Assembly: GCA_001275005.1 (NCBI GenBank)
Contig: JWZX01003146.1
Span: 1 to 48,791 of the forward strand
Direction of reading: 5' to 3'
Source of the DNA: Chrysochromulina tobinii
Taxonomy: Eukaryota
DNA: 48,791 bases
Shown here: positions 18,501 to 24,196 of the stretch, piece by piece
Layout of the letters: each line of letters opens with the position of its first letter
How positions within the stretch are numbered: the first letter of the stretch is position 1
Made by a program: the position numbers and the translations under genes
Notes under the pieces: generated by a model
What the model was told of the DNA's origin: nothing
Databases searched by the model: none
The model's input: the letters and a program-made list of their open reading frames with translations, nothing else

Positions 18501-19936
18501 TGAAGGAGTTCAACAGGGCCTGCACGACGCTCGAGCTCTCGTGCCAGAGCCGCCAGCACGATGAGGATCGAGGAGTACCGCCGGTACTGGACAATGACGG
18601 CGAGATCGCCAAGTTTGACACGCTCCGCTTCCTCGCTTGCCACCTACCTCGCGATCCGCTCGCGTCGGTCTTCAAGATGCCCAAGGACGAGGAGGGCAAG
18701 GTGAACAAGAACCAGGCCGAAGAAATGCACGAGAAGAAGAAGACGTTCTTCGAAGTGTGGGAGCGACTACACCAGCTGATAGTCGAGGCCATCAACCAAG
18801 CGAAGGCCAAGTACAACCGCATGAGCGCGGCAAGCCGTGCAGCATCCCGAGAAGACGATCAAGCACCACAATTCCGAGAGACGAACGCCTACCAGATCAA
18901 CGAGACGACGCCAGCACGAGCCGAACGAGCACAAGCACAACGGAGCCATCGAGATGAACGGAATGAAAGGCGGAGCGCTGCCGACCTCCTCGAGCTGAAC
19001 AAGAAGAACGAGATGCAGAAGAAAGGCAACCACTTCAACAAGGTCGTCGCCACGTCCCAGATCGGCCACATGTTACAAGCAAGGATCGACGGGCACGTGA
19101 CGCTCTCGCAGCCCTTCGTGCTACCAGCGAATCTGACTTTTGTCGAACGGACATCGAGATGGACGCGAATGGCTGAACCCACCGGCGCAGGAGAAGAAGA
19201 AGAACACGAAGACGCGATGGAAGTAGACTCAACAAGGAACTCAAGCAGACTATCTTACGATGCAGACGACGATTCGAGCAGACGACAATCCGAAGGGAGC
19301 TCCCTGGTCAGCTCGAGGGCGGTGACGCCGCCACCGAACTCTTGGGGAGCATTGGCAGATGATGACGAGGGCAGCTACAGCGGAATTTACGACGAAGGCA
19401 GTGACATGAGCGGCAAAGGCAAGACCAGTGACGTCCCGGGCGACGATGGCGGCAAAGGCGGCAGCAGCGAGCTTCAAGGCAGCGACGGCGGCAAGGGCGG
19501 CAACAACAGACGAGGGAGCGGCAAGGGCAAAGGCGGCGATAGTGGAACCCATGGCGGTAAGCACGGCGACAGGAGTAGCGGCAGTGGGCTCAGAGGCAGA
19601 GGCGGCGGCAAGGGCAGCAGCAACGAGTTCCGCAACGACGGCGGTGGCAAGGGCGGCAGTGGCAGGCAACACGGCAGCGGCAAAGGCAAGGGCGGCAGCA
19701 AGGAGCTCCACGACAGCGACAGCAGTAAGCACGACGGCAGCGGACTCCACGATGATGGTTCTAGCTCAGCAGGGTCAAAGAGCAGTCACCACAGCGCAAA
19801 GAACGGCAGCAGACGGATGATTAAGAGACAGAAACGTGCAGAACAACGAAGAGAATTGAGCAGCGACAGCCACGCGGCTCAACAATCAGCCGAAGACGCA
19901 AGAGCAGAACAACCGGAGAAGAAGCAGAAGCAATAA
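9506..19936 (+). CDS. Retrotransposon polyprotein: APE endonuclease (~11885-12820), reverse transcriptase (~13970-15255), RNase H (~17180-17630), CCHC knuckle (~18209-18265). True start uncertain, possibly 10673 or ~10952
   Basis: APE: ATNVNG, VETHL, GDFNA, TIDL, SFH. RT: ATGTDKF, GYRDIMV, EQIAY, DFSSFFPSIIH, RGVGQGCKLG, MSDD, YKQIG, APRSAGG. RNase H: WFGDGG, HGEL, SDSQ, VPGH..NVIADALA. Zinc knuckle: CPLC-x8-H-x4-C. The frame is open for 3476 codons. Confidence 0.9.
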   Translation: MSGVLLASAPPLTVTQKNSARGATGATYVQADTHNQAASRRPRKPTLPRPHAAERKRGVQQVNVTMQDSMRLLSTVTQTGDKQIGSTTMPPQANAAAPACSEEEKEGLDICRQHAFLAGLKRRWTRTTRAHTSTSPQTRQHTPSADYASSSTSSPRWATRRQPHTPSGCSNGQQRSSSDVSQRRLPNLTRATSQHAPLHKMTMIRTMTTRLIAKMNMTMIAITATIATTSSDCPRSSKRYPAPEPRREPAGPSPAPAAHCTRIRAARATQPALPKPSEFGTTSPSSAAESTATHSSTSRRHAAKPAPKAEQTSSLETGARDRSAPLITDETALQTGSSPKPTRSTAEKDCWPAGPPTEWTRKSTCTTTSTRTQEQPKPDKPPNARLPNPMRAILIAATIMMTTMMTMTIMTTAIMMIDSSTKTNDPSTMTRVPKTMMRVKNNLTVMSSLDLTTDNDSPKPIKLMNPSDLTTMKEMNLIATTIMMMMMMTAGDSDGAEGTNGTANDGNSNDAGDSGNKGGADGDSAGGSKGSDGSGNGSGGKGGGSGGNPGGSGGNPGGGGDNPGGSGDNPGGSGDNPDDDDEADGEADGGDEPTDENADKDDTKDIPRHRWEETYSPSWTNPPTTHVDQQERQAMLAALEIQRLLHGAAARARLLVRADEREPNIDWPPNNCTADQLQVLEETAIKSIYTFASSPEKINEKELTTILDYITRAEEIQEIDNINLSYIITENTSNFLYQWMIRHSGTYPRQQVRKGLRTLAVKVAEAETKAEQDRIVYARLAQHAEEDGEHEHSYYKLVATNVNGRLRLKDREHLLQQDDETLDDEAVRGDQTMQREPDCALSTILGWLQDPTSNVAGVWAVETHLNDKDADEIIDHLSTFHPAIGMLVSIKIKEDSSAGLAFLYRVDVLEPLTPLQPPFAFHTADGHLHPKPDRLPKPRPENDRLVRHVWHGRLADIRLKWSRDSTEMITTGVYVPQVNREADNILWFEMATQDWSTYNALRGAQGDFNATPRYTGKKPQTAQKQANQRLDQLLATTKSEPIGDLAQWTHQQPVGTAGQAPDARGVTRTTIDLNVIGEALAPRLKACDVMPKTSGDKSFHRSVGYYYKVRGQEPTKAQVARPSTIDKIGKSKKEIESETPTGWKLWIDLMPIAVKDAACLLNGIAPGEHIRPDLVAAAFSRSNPVTAIAVFKYHIMETALDLQREKAGKGIKQTTKTEYLRGLEEKWIKMISTVNALPEDDKSFDKHAEVRPEYEASFKMREIPRAIVKLPELNLNNKARKAREMALVEKAYNAAVEKYSRRLNDATLDLLAEEMEELSEKTEARGGFQHEAWRLAKEHSIAARTKSFQPRHASGINTLQLDESAKKGESPTVSGDKFRVLLANRYAAKQAARPGHPGPWLHLADAVNLLHPQHADISTDSSAEDGIRYDHPSLKSVIETGACPARAQIQHATEIESIMIALDHMQSSLEADTRRTFEAFDSQINRVKMNMATGTDKFHAYFIRKGGALGKKVYKYLLSRLYEAEMMDKAGLTWQIAMALKAKRNPHTVKGYRDIMVSSHDWKIITGCMGSQYQRCVERRRPSEQIAYESGTSSSCTRITLGHRARTTLAMHQRERRAEFMSDFSSFFPSIIHKVVFEAERRVGAQRSHTRMLWATHARVVASIRTASGMTPTRPINRGVGQGCKLGGPRSLIVTLPIIELQRQCVPAQKLIAPKGFGRHGCTSWMSDDQTSDPPPFDSLVQLAIDVFMHGAELCAQLQVDHEAEAADKTSAKLSHYKDRGTVCTDDETNFVHVIKQAGRLAQRPLARCQEYKQIGTESTHGTNFSAIVKRTTDNIIALITHVSKLGVTNAEHDIRMANSIIFGTLSFPSRGTPFPARDLERISTACRQVLVNHGHLNKSEPAAINFAPRSAGGREQVVPQAVADASLVTQTLLLLNNADGDRDKAAIESLFFVNACAFGWTSTIEEPNPIDFDVTEVQDLLLEALPWDAFQLALIRLELRISKTTRDSQSACSLRAHVPADAIPPEEKLVHWNEADNSNLRSPRIEPGGRPPLMPRWPRSRRLCFLGLHRFDQLLLGVRQPFKRPTKNEQSSRGEGFAHDGYKYLEPEGRAHGWYPYYANDPTVSDLFLHDQDSLSAIDETTMRDYHVTVRFKSFTTLTAELRERHVHLDQEDRRNLSALCEIFKAAHRYEQGTNDLIDAIHAFAHKAATAMLERDQEMLENIAEFAQQQAGQRLGDKFVFIGRKLRAQRPREEMLEQIRKSEEVTEHTDEHVYETQREYSEQHTYEYLSREAIIDIATKYENAWEHERKTLPRDLVKYLKTGSLHTAAECIAALQESDLRGTQARSFAEHLQQLDASGTRPDLKERHGALDDEATARAIIATTEELIGTWAPSQWHAGESPAETQLVQDRTRLQRTWRRPRRQTYVRGGIDDRGKHTLSLEPSKQDKAHARRFFMPLNPYSHTDSCYRAVNASGGLLFKNSTSIYDCINPQVCCTPLLAIFTRVRKLEDGTGIKVVDWTGEEITVKILDKEKLKMNADQDRELLQRLAPMEDQRKYTAVWFGDGGRKGADGALDRRVSWGAVVVWKSCGTLMRNYHLGALHPECDIQHGELMQIYKSTEFCIEQLRQGETVRMLCGSDSQTCADDVEAARSARNHRDLHDYDASIMVETIVHNIMTIESKGGIWDLFRVPGHSYTPNVIADALATAAQTCQQFSQEVEMKTDRAFVVLCDRTEDQPFWLQYDKGAKMFRYLRLRGQQRRVERELREFHAKHAKNLIAQTKQDQAFNLIEIIKMRLKSSYGVPLSRAMLDRRALALAQEQLEHERIEMQKKLDTIIYPILNYDALPSLGIKMDAPRWTTAVEQFVAEPWLTRSATRFNVSFQFANTALRTDASVIPGVTVCPLCKRDVSPTVWHLMTECTLKTCELNMPHLPPRVPLTTTAQDPTSTDDEATAPSAKVARGSNAYLAQEILWTLREFRPAGEAWPTDLLEPNEKNTFLKEFNRACTTLELSCQSRQHDEDRGVPPVLDNDGEIAKFDTLRFLACHLPRDPLASVFKMPKDEEGKVNKNQAEEMHEKKKTFFEVWERLHQLIVEAINQAKAKYNRMSAASRAASREDDQAPQFRETNAYQINETTPARAERAQAQRSHRDERNERRSAADLLELNKKNEMQKKGNHFNKVVATSQIGHMLQARIDGHVTLSQPFVLPANLTFVERTSRWTRMAEPTGAGEEEEHEDAMEVDSTRNSSRLSYDADDDSSRRQSEGSSLVSSRAVTPPPNSWGALADDDEGSYSGIYDEGSDMSGKGKTSDVPGDDGGKGGSSELQGSDGGKGGNNRRGSGKGKGGDSGTHGGKHGDRSSGSGLRGRGGGKGSSNEFRNDGGGKGGSGRQHGSGKGKGGSKELHDSDSSKHDGSGLHDDGSSSAGSKSSHHSAKNGSRRMIKRQKRAEQRRELSSDSHAAQQSAEDARAEQPEKKQKQ
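9874..10668 (+). CDS. Candidate ORF1 of the retrotransposon, overlapping the long ORF in another frame
   Basis: Strong C/G-ending codon pattern and a natural-looking protein with an acidic tract and a Cys/His cluster (CCRVDCH...CAGPFCSADH). The long-ORF frame over the same bases reads like an out-of-frame translation (T/M/R-rich). Confidence 0.5.
   Translation: MDKNHARAYVNVTTNQAAHSIGRLRFELNKLAALGNPQTAAHAIRLLKWAAAQQQRRLAKKIAQSDARDVTARAAAQNDDDQNDDDKIDCENEHDDDCDYSNDCDHQQRLPTQLKALPRAGAEARARWALARASGALYKNTCGTGNAAGTAEALRIWNHISVVCCRVDCHALVDLKAARRQARAQGRANFIPGDGCAGPFCSADHRRNRFANRQLAQADQIDRGERLLARWPTDRMDKEIYVYNNEHANTRAAEARQTAKRPTA
11140..11236 (+). repeat. 21-bp coding tandem repeat (GGSG[G/D]NP)n in the retrotransposon
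   Basis: About five ggcggcagcggcg(g/a)caacccc units. Confidence 0.85.
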
Positions 19937-20329
19937 GAATAACCGAACAGGATAATCACAGCTCTGAATAGCCCAACTGCATGATTGAGTTCTGATTGCG
20001 AAACGATTAACAGACCGAGGCCGATTCATTAAGAGATTGAGAGAGCATGATTATGAGACTGAATGCGACTGAGAGAGACTGAAACTGAAAAACCAACCGC
20101 GAACGTGATCGAGAGCCGAGTGATTGAGAATACAAAAACAGACAAAGTGACTAAGCCGATGACTAAGATCCTGAGTACACGCTACGAAGGGACTCACGCC
20201 CATGTGATTCTCTCCGCACAGAAGAGAACAATGGCGGCAAACGAGACAGCGAGGCCCTAGAGAGAGAGTGAGAGCAAGAGTGCGAGAGCGAGAGAGCCCA
20301 CAAGACCGAGATGATGAAGGGCGCAACAT

Positions 20330-21050
20330 ACCGCGATGACACGCGCCGAAGGTCGGTCCTCGACAGGTTTACAGCCCCTTGCGTGGCTCAGCCCTAGCCC
20401 GCTCGGCGCGCTGAGGGACCAACTTCTCGGTGCAAGGAGTAACTCCCGAGCCCGGAAGTTCGAGACCGAGATGCTCATTCTGATCGGCAAGGTGACCACC
20501 AAATCCTGTATCTCTGATGGACACAGCCTTAACGGGCGGTCAAGCACGTGAGGGGGTCGCCGCAAGGCTCCTACTCGTTCACCTGGCTCTTCGGAGCCGG
20601 GGCGGCGACCCCGATCTCTCGGCCGGCGGGCCAATGAAACGCAACCGAACGACAGGGGGTCGACGGGACGGACAGTGAGAGGGGGAGGCCCTAACGGGCC
20701 AAACCAGCGGCTCTCTCACGTCCCGTCGACCAGTCGTATGCCATGTGGGTACACACCCGTGCATACCCGCAAGGGACCCACCCACTGCATGACCGATACA
20801 GCGTCTGTTCCTCCCATGGGGGGGTTGGCAGTTTCGCCGGGCAGTGGTGTGGGGCACGGAGAGAGCATAGCGAGTGAGTGAGTTACACTCACTCAGCATA
20901 GCGACGCCCGAACAGGAATCCGTTGGATTCAAAACACGGCCATGAGTATCGGGTGAGGATACTGCATGTGCTGCTATGGTATACCCTATGAGCCTCAGTA
21001 GGTATATCGACCCGTACCCCGTATTGTTCCACGGTGTGTCTGTGTCTCAA
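20330..21050 (+). ncRNA. Highly structured non-coding 3' region of the retrotransposon RNA; function unknown
   Basis: Perfect stems at 20553-20563/20602-20612 (11 bp) and 20658-20670/20719-20731 (13 bp). cUUCGg hairpin at 20582-20601; GGCCC-UAAC-GGGCC at 20687-20700; CCC-GCAA-GGG at 20766-20775; GAATCC-GTT-GGATTC near 20916-20930. Confidence 0.55.
20864..20904. repeat. Mini inverted-microsatellite insert GTGAGTGAGTTACACTCACTC flanked by the 10-bp direct repeat AGCATAGCGA
   Basis: Direct repeats at 20864-20873 and 20895-20904. The 21-bp core has a (GAGT) arm and an (ACTC) arm. Confidence 0.85.
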
Positions 21051-21051
21051 T

Positions 21052-21070
21052 AACTCACTCACTCACTCAC
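21052..21070 (+). repeat. 3' tail A(ACTC)4AC of the retrotransposon
   Basis: Follows AATAA and directly precedes the right TSD copy. Confidence 0.95.
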
Positions 21071-21081
21071 TGGCTCCTTTG
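21071..21081 (+). repeat. Target-site duplication, right copy (TGGCTCCTTTG)
   Basis: Identical to 9449-9459. Confidence 0.9.
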
Positions 21082-21416
21082 GCCCGTTTTCCCCACACCA
21101 GGGGCGACGACCCGGCGCGCGTGGCAACGCTCTTTCGCTCGGCGTCGGAGCCCCAATTCACAATGAAAAAGGAGGGGCTGGGCATGTAATCTCCGTTTTC
21201 CGCTCGGTGGACAGCCCGTCGACCTTAGCGCGAGCCCCCATACATATGAACTCACACCACACGTAAAAGGAGGGTGCTCCCTCGTGTGGGATTTGAGCGC
21301 GACTGTCGCGTTACGTTCACACGTCTATTCATACGTCTCGGCTGGGCAGGTGGCGACTGGCGACCAACCGCCGAGGGGGTCGGGACGCAGTGGCTGGTTG
21401 CCAGAGCGTCCACAGC

Positions 21417-21794
21417 ATGTCGCTCAAGATGACTGGCCAGATGGACTGGCAGGACTATGCCACGTACAGCCAGTACCATCCTGACAACCTCAAAAAGCCG
21501 CCGCTAGTCTTCGCAGATCATGTCAAGGCTCCAGCCCCACTTGCAACGCTCACGGAGATAGACAAAAAGGTCTTCGGCGCGTGGGGCCACGCACTCTGCT
21601 GCGAACCTGCGTATGGAAAGAATGAGACCTGCACACGACTCAAGGAACGCGTCACGCCAAAGGTCGGGCAGACATGGGATAAGGTAATTCGGATAGAACG
21701 GGGAAAATCCATATCGCAGACAGCCATGTACGGCGGCAGCTTGCGTGAGATGTCCTTCGAGGAGATCGTGGAGGCGCGCGGCAAGAAGGGATGA
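21417..21794 (+). CDS. Small hypothetical protein (125 aa)
   Basis: ATG-started ORF with host-like codon use and non-repetitive, globular-looking composition (MSLKMTGQMDWQDYATYSQYHPDNL...). No domain recognised. Confidence 0.55.
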   Translation: MSLKMTGQMDWQDYATYSQYHPDNLKKPPLVFADHVKAPAPLATLTEIDKKVFGAWGHALCCEPAYGKNETCTRLKERVTPKVGQTWDKVIRIERGKSISQTAMYGGSLREMSFEEIVEARGKKG

Positions 21795-22416
21795 GCTGTT
21801 TCCGGCGGCACGCTCGAGCTGACCGCGCAGCGTAGCCGCGCTGGCGCAGGTGCAATGTGATCCGCATGCCCACGTTCAACGTGCATGACAGCAGGGTCAA
21901 AGCCGGCGTCCAGCAGCAGTCGGCGTGTAGCTATGGTACACAGTGCACCCTGCCCATCAGCGCGCTGATGAGTGACCCTGCTACCTGCATGAGCGTGTCT
22001 TTTTCTTTTGTGCCGACGACTGTGAAAGTCTGATGAGCACACCGTACTATAGTTAGAAGTTACGTACGGTACTAGCGGCAGCGGTAGCGGCCTAAGTCAC
22101 AGGTGTATTAGAGCGGTCGAGCCTATCGGAGTAGACACACGCTCACGTCAGCTGGCTGTACTATACAGTGCTCTGTGTCCACGTGTGTACATGAATGTAA
22201 GATTCCTAAAATTTGTTTCCCACGCCGGTGTAGAGACGGGCAGACGCGTATTTCAGATTGATCTGTATCTCAGATTCAGTGAGGAGACAATCGTCGCGAG
22301 CATCGGCCCGGTCCGCGCAACGCCCTGAGCCTCACCCCTGATGGGCCTTTGAGGGGGTGGGCTCGTGACACGTGAGAGCGCTGGACGAGGGCGTGAGGCT
22401 CGCTGCTCGCCCCTGG

Positions 22417-22446
22417 GGCTGTAGTAAGGCTGTAGTAAGGCTGTAG
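22417..22446. repeat. 11-bp tandem repeat (GGCTGTAGTAA) x2.7
   Basis: Read directly; intergenic. Confidence 0.8.
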
Positions 22447-22570
22447 AGCCGTTCGGCGCACGCCCACGCGGTCGCGTCGGCCTTCTCGCGTTTGCTTGCG
22501 CCACCATTGCGCAGACGTGTAGTATCTGAGGTACCATATGAGTCGTTACATGTAGGCGCGTCGCACTGAC

Positions 22571-24196
22571 TTACCTACGCGCTGCTGCTGCGCCTGCGGG
22601 CGAGCCATGCTCGTGGATGGAGGACCTGGCCATGGCGCCGGAGAGCCCGCTGGCGCCGGCGCCGGCAGGGGGCATCCTAGCGGCGACGCCCGCATGTACC
22701 CAGGTCAGCAGATTGCGCGAGAGCGCATGAAAGCCCGCTGTGGAATGGATCTCCTTAAAGTGGTCGACAATGTATCTCACACACACGTCCTTGAGGGGAG
22801 TGGCCGAGTGCTTGTCAGCGACGGTGAGCGTGTGACACACGGTGTCCACAGAAAGCTCGGACTCGATCTTGCTGACGCAGATGGACTTGAGCTGCTCCAC
22901 TCCTAGAAAGTCGGCCGCCGCGAAGAGCTCGAGCGCGATCTCCGAAGTGACGTCGACGCGGTCCGTGTAGAGGTGCTCGAGGAGCGCTCGGAAGACGTCG
23001 TACGACATGTCCTCTAGCGAGACTTCGGTCTGTGTAGACTCCTTCATACCGCTCTCGAACATGCCGCGGAAGTAGGCGCAGCGCGCCGCGAGCACCACCC
23101 GGTGCGCGTGTACGCGCGTACCGCCCACCATGATCGTGATATCCGAGAGGAGAGGGTTGTTGAGGAAGGTACGCCAGTCGGCGATGAGCGTGGACGAGGG
23201 CTGCGTGTCGAGCACTTGGATGTCGTTGAGGAAGATATAATCGTCCTCCGCCACGTCCCAGTATCGGCCGCCGATGAGAAAGACCTGCTTGCTCACGACG
23301 CCCGCCGCGTGGCACGCGCGACGCAGCGGCGAGGCAGAGTCGACTGCGACCGTGGCCCACGAGAGGGTATCGGCGTCGAAGGTGCACAAGGCGTTATCGC
23401 ACTCAAAATGGAGATCGGCTTCGGCGTTGTAGTACTGGCCGCCAAAGACGAAAAGCCGCTGGTCCACCACCGAGGCCGAATGGTACCGACGCTCCTGCGG
23501 GATGCGCCCCGAGACCACTGGTCGGCTCCAAGCCATCCGCTCAGTGTCGAGGATGTGCAGGTCGTTCAGGTTGACGGGCCTGTCCTCCACGTCGAGGCCC
23601 GCGCCGCCGAAGACGACGATCTGCGCGCCAACCACGGACGATGTGTGCCCCTCGCGCTGGCTCGGCGGCTCGCCCGAGCACACGCCGACTGACCATCCCA
23701 TCGGCATCGTCTCGACGTCGAGCAGGTGCAGATCGTTGAGGTAGTGGGACTGATCCTCGTCGTCGACCCACGTACCACCGAAGATGAAGAGGCGCGTCTC
23801 GACCGCGACGGCCGTGTGGCCCTCGCGCTCGATTGGCGGGCAGCCGCTCGTGACCGGCAAGCTCCATGTGAGCGTGCGCACGTCGAGCACGTGCAGGTCA
23901 TTCATGTAGATCGTCCTGTCTTCCTCATCAGTCCACGTGCCGCCGAAGATGAAGATGAGCTGGCCAACGACGGTCGCCGTATGGCCCTCGCGCTCCTTGG
24001 GTTCGCAGTCGGTGGGCGGTGACGAGAGCGCCATCGTTTCCGTATCGAGCACCTGCATCGGTGGACACACGCAGTTGTTATGGTCGTCCTCATGCTTGCC
24101 GAAGAGGATGTACAGGCTCCTGTCGACGACGGAGACCGTGTGGCCCTCGCAAGGCTTGCGCATGCGGCCCCGTGGTTGAGCATGCTCCCATCGCAT
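22571..24196 (-). CDS. Kelch-repeat + BTB/POZ protein (LZTR1-like architecture, Cullin-3 adaptor type)
   Basis: Six Kelch repeats (REGHT...IFGG...NDLH.LD..T..W), then BTB (SDITIMVGG..VHAHRVVLAARCAYFRGMFESGMKES) and a BACK-like helix. The stop codon overlaps an AG/GTAAGT donor-like site, so a further exon is possible. Confidence 0.9.
   Translation of the reverse strand: MRWEHAQPRGRMRKPCEGHTVSVVDRSLYILFGKHEDDHNNCVCPPMQVLDTETMALSSPPTDCEPKEREGHTATVVGQLIFIFGGTWTDEEDRTIYMNDLHVLDVRTLTWSLPVTSGCPPIEREGHTAVAVETRLFIFGGTWVDDEDQSHYLNDLHLLDVETMPMGWSVGVCSGEPPSQREGHTSSVVGAQIVVFGGAGLDVEDRPVNLNDLHILDTERMAWSRPVVSGRIPQERRYHSASVVDQRLFVFGGQYYNAEADLHFECDNALCTFDADTLSWATVAVDSASPLRRACHAAGVVSKQVFLIGGRYWDVAEDDYIFLNDIQVLDTQPSSTLIADWRTFLNNPLLSDITIMVGGTRVHAHRVVLAARCAYFRGMFESGMKESTQTEVSLEDMSYDVFRALLEHLYTDRVDVTSEIALELFAAADFLGVEQLKSICVSKIESELSVDTVCHTLTVADKHSATPLKDVCVRYIVDHFKEIHSTAGFHALSRNLLTWVHAGVAARMPPAGAGASGLSGAMARSSIHEHGSPAGAAAARR

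Larger units (their letters stand above)
9460..21070 (+). mobile_element. Long non-LTR retrotransposon (APE-RT-RNase H-CCHC) with inverted (GAGT)n/(ACTC)n ends
   Basis: An 11-bp direct repeat TGGCTCCTTTG flanks the element at 9449-9459 and 21071-21081. It contains a 10.4-kb ORF with LINE-type domains and an A-rich/T-poor coding strand unlike the host genes. AATAA is followed by an (ACTC)4 tail. No LTRs were seen. Confidence 0.93.

Noticed and set aside
18270..18800. Restriction-like endonuclease after the CCHC knuckle (Dualen/R2 type)
   Set aside because: No convincing PD-(D/E)xK motif by eye. A profile search would be needed to exclude it fully.
9459..21070. Terminal inverted repeats suggesting a cut-and-paste DNA transposon, or a DIRS/Ngaro- or LTR-type element
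   Set aside because: The inverted match is only the simple GAGT repeat and stops at GAGTT. No DDE transposase, integrase, tyrosine recombinase or LTRs were seen, and the protein has LINE-type APE-RT.
21955..22040. CTGATGA...GAAA...CTGA motifs and a 16-bp palindrome (CATCAGCGCGCTGATG) suggesting a hammerhead ribozyme or C/D snoRNA
   Set aside because: No stem II between CTGATGA and GAAA, and no clear terminal stem or guide sequence. Probably chance in a 3' UTR.
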